Origin: a virus
Strand: one strand, 5' to 3'
Length of the DNA stretch: 52,541 nt
Virus record (IMG/VR): IMGVR_UViG_3300029258_002096
Span: 1 to 52,541 of that record
A program made the position numbers and the translations under genes. The notes under the pieces are model-generated. The model had not been told where the DNA came from. It saw only the letters and a program-made list of their open reading frames with translations, and ran no database searches. Shown one piece after another: positions 51,012 to 52,541 of this stretch (positions within the stretch are counted from its first letter, which is position 1; each line of letters begins with the position of its first letter).

Positions 51012-51425
51012 ATGGAAAATATACCTGAAAAAATATATTTACAAGTTGACCCTGAAAATGAACAACCAGAAAGTTTTGATGATTTGGCGGAAATAACATG
51101 GTGCAGAGATAAAATTAATGATAACGATATTGAATATGAATTAAGCGGGGTGGAATCGGGTCAGCTTGATATATTGTTAGCTGCCCGTTGTGCCACTTGT
51201 AAGCATTGGGGAGGGGATAAAAAACAATTAATGAAAGTACTTAATGAATATGATATTGAAACTATAAAAAAATATTTAGATGTTAAAGAAGGATGGGCAA
51301 TAGATGGAAAATGTAAAGAATTAATATGTGAATTAATATTTTATGCCTATGGGGCAGGGGTTGATGAAGTAGAGACACCTGCTGGTTTTAGCTGTAATCT
51401 TTATGAATCAGATAAGGGCAGCTAA
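51012..51425 (+). CDS. fusion protein spanning an attC right arm
   Basis: N-terminal IPEKIYLQ...TWC...DIEY module plus cassette module CATCKHW...; stop in AGCTAAC. Confidence 0.7.
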   Translation: MENIPEKIYLQVDPENEQPESFDDLAEITWCRDKINDNDIEYELSGVESGQLDILLAARCATCKHWGGDKKQLMKVLNEYDIETIKKYLDVKEGWAIDGKCKELICELIFYAYGAGVDEVETPAGFSCNLYESDKGS

Positions 51426-51616
51426 CGTCCAGTAATAACCGGCTGAAAGGACTAAGTGATGGATAGAAATCAAGTTATTGAAATTTTGGCAGAATTGCGA
51501 GAAACGGCAGATTACTTACCTACTGACCAAAAATATTTGGATGCTCTTGAACACGCACAGAACTTATTAGAAGAGGGCGGTGCGGAGCAAGGTCCGCGTT
51601 CTGCCGATGGTTCACC
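51420..51616 (+). other. expanded or hybrid attC-like site containing a gene start
   Basis: left arm GTAATAACCGG, right arm GG[T]CCGCGTT[C]TGCCGATG then GTTCACC; arms pair only partly. Confidence 0.5.
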
Positions 51617-51812
51617 AGTGGATGTGCCTGGGGAAAGTGCGGGACTTCAAGACGGGGTGGTGGCTATTGAAAAGAAATTACTTGATACAATTTACGCACA
51701 GATAAAAGGTGTTATTGATAATATGGAACTGCATCCAAAACAGTGTGGATATAAGTGCGCCCTATATGATACTTTTGAAAAATTGAAATTAATTTATGGG
51801 GTGGAGTCTTGA
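51456..51812 (+). CDS. fusion protein spanning an attC right arm
   Basis: GPRSADGSP segment encoded by the arm. Confidence 0.6.
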   Translation: MMDRNQVIEILAELRETADYLPTDQKYLDALEHAQNLLEEGGAEQGPRSADGSPVDVPGESAGLQDGVVAIEKKLLDTIYAQIKGVIDNMELHPKQCGYKCALYDTFEKLKLIYGVES

Positions 51813-51816
51813 AGTT

Positions 51817-52046
51817 GGTGAACGTTTAGGTTCATGTGCCAAATGGAGGACAAAATGAAGAAAAGGAAAATTTGGAATCGTTGTATTTATTGCGGCAGGT
51901 TTATTGGATTGGGTGAGTTTATGAGGGGTGAGGTAGAAACTGATTTTACACCAGACACTCACTTTACATACGAAAAAATTGAACATTATCACAAAAAATG
52001 TAAAGAAGAATGTGGGGATTTGGTCACGTGCTAACTTTGGTTATGC
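51817..52046 (+). other. expanded attC-like site enclosing a whole ORF
   Basis: GGTGAAC; GGTTCATGTGCC vs GG[T]CACGTG[C]TAAC; GTTATGC 52040-52046. Confidence 0.6.
51855..52034 (+). CDS. small Cys/His protein inside an attC loop
   Basis: GGAGG RBS; RCIYCGRFI...HKKC. Confidence 0.65.
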   Translation: MKKRKIWNRCIYCGRFIGLGEFMRGEVETDFTPDTHFTYEKIEHYHKKCKEECGDLVTC

Positions 52047-52049
52047 TTA

Positions 52050-52382
52050 GTGAATACCGGCCACAAGCCGGTGCTTATGAATGGCCAAAGGGCCAGAGGA
52101 GCGAAGATGAACGATAGATTAGACTGGCAACACAAGGGTGGGGTGCTTGACATACCAGATAGACATTTTGTCTATAATGTAAACTTTGATGCTGATGAAC
52201 CTTACATAACAATTGTTGATGCAGAAGATCCTCACACTGAAGAAAAAAAGATGTTAGTACCGAAGTCACTCGCATACTATTTAAGCACGCATGCTTGTGG
52301 ATCACGGAAAATGATGGAGAATTTTATAGAGCAAGGACGGCATGAGGTGCGGGTGGGGTTTCAAAGGCTATTGGGATTATAG
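52050..52382 (+). CDS. hypothetical protein (probable cassette gene)
   Basis: follows GTTATGC core; followed by truncated attC-like CACTAAC...ATAACCGGCAAAAAC...GTTTTTG[T]CC 52395-52437. Confidence 0.6.
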   Translation: MNTGHKPVLMNGQRARGAKMNDRLDWQHKGGVLDIPDRHFVYNVNFDADEPYITIVDAEDPHTEEKKMLVPKSLAYYLSTHACGSRKMMENFIEQGRHEVRVGFQRLLGL

Positions 52383-52457
52383 GCCCTTTGGCAACACTAA
52401 CATGAATAATAACCGGCAAAAACAAGCGTTTTTGTCCAAACATAAAGGAGATGAGCA

Positions 52458-52541
52458 ATGAAAAGTAAGGCCGCAAAGTTAGCGTTTTTGTCCGTGTTCG
52501 TTATTGGGTTATTCGGCATTACGGGGTGTGGCGAAAAGAAC
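52458..52541 (+). CDS. lipoprotein, truncated by window end
   Basis: MKSKAAKLAFLSVFVIGLFGITGC lipobox. Confidence 0.6.
   Translation, partial: MKSKAAKLAFLSVFVIGLFGITGCGEKN

Larger units (their letters stand above)
49531..52437 (+). mobile_element. second array of integron-like cassettes
   Basis: Pairs: GTTCGGCA 49886/TGCCGAAC 50022-50029; GTTATACGGC 50074/GCCGTATAAC 50381-50390; GTTAGCTGCCC 51176/GGGCAGCTAAC 51416-51426; GTTCACCA 51610/TGGTGAAC 51816-51823; several attC hairpins. Confidence 0.8.

Noticed and set aside
2036-52437. attC-like repeats as a CRISPR array or a dispersed direct-repeat family
   Set aside because: Units are imperfect palindromes that differ in sequence and length and are separated by genes, not identical repeats with uniform spacers; no cas genes
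52458-52541. Terminal repeat or evidence of circularity
   Set aside because: Window ends share no visible overlap, so completeness cannot be inferred

Overview
A 52.5-kb, essentially unidirectional (+ strand) tailed-phage genome segment, probably most of a siphovirus-type genome. Core morphogenesis block: terS-terL (4199-5882), portal, SPP1 gp7-like head protein, prohead protease with a nested scaffold, decoration protein, major capsid, head-tail and tail genes, a chaperone pair with an intact -1 frameshift, a 1338-aa tape measure, tail tip and fibre, then putative holin and DUF5675-type lysin (to 36211). The rest is small accessory genes: a phosphoesterase, TIGR02328-like and pentapeptide proteins, a PD-(D/E)XK nuclease, SSB/annealing-like, NinG-like and replication-initiator-like genes. 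No integrase, repressor, polymerase, helicase or reverse transcriptase is recognisable. The main discovery is that the accessory regions are built from integron-type gene cassettes. At least 12 modules start with a GTT core site whose exact reverse complement (8-11 bp; one is 10 of 11) reappears at the module end, and many are joined by attC-like hairpins carrying two unpaired bases (T...C, 6-7 nt apart). Several attC loops are expanded to 150-200 bp and contain gene starts, and several cassettes have no start codon, so ORFs read through attC arms as in-frame fusions. No IntI is present in the window. Also seen: a Com-like zinc ribbon followed by tandem RNA hairpins overlapping a terminator, an anticodon-less tRNA-like RNA with a pseudoknotted leader, a 156-nt structured element, signal-peptide-bearing fibre genes, and a glycosyltransferase/methyltransferase pair inside the virion operon. 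Family assignments come from motif recognition only; no searches were run.
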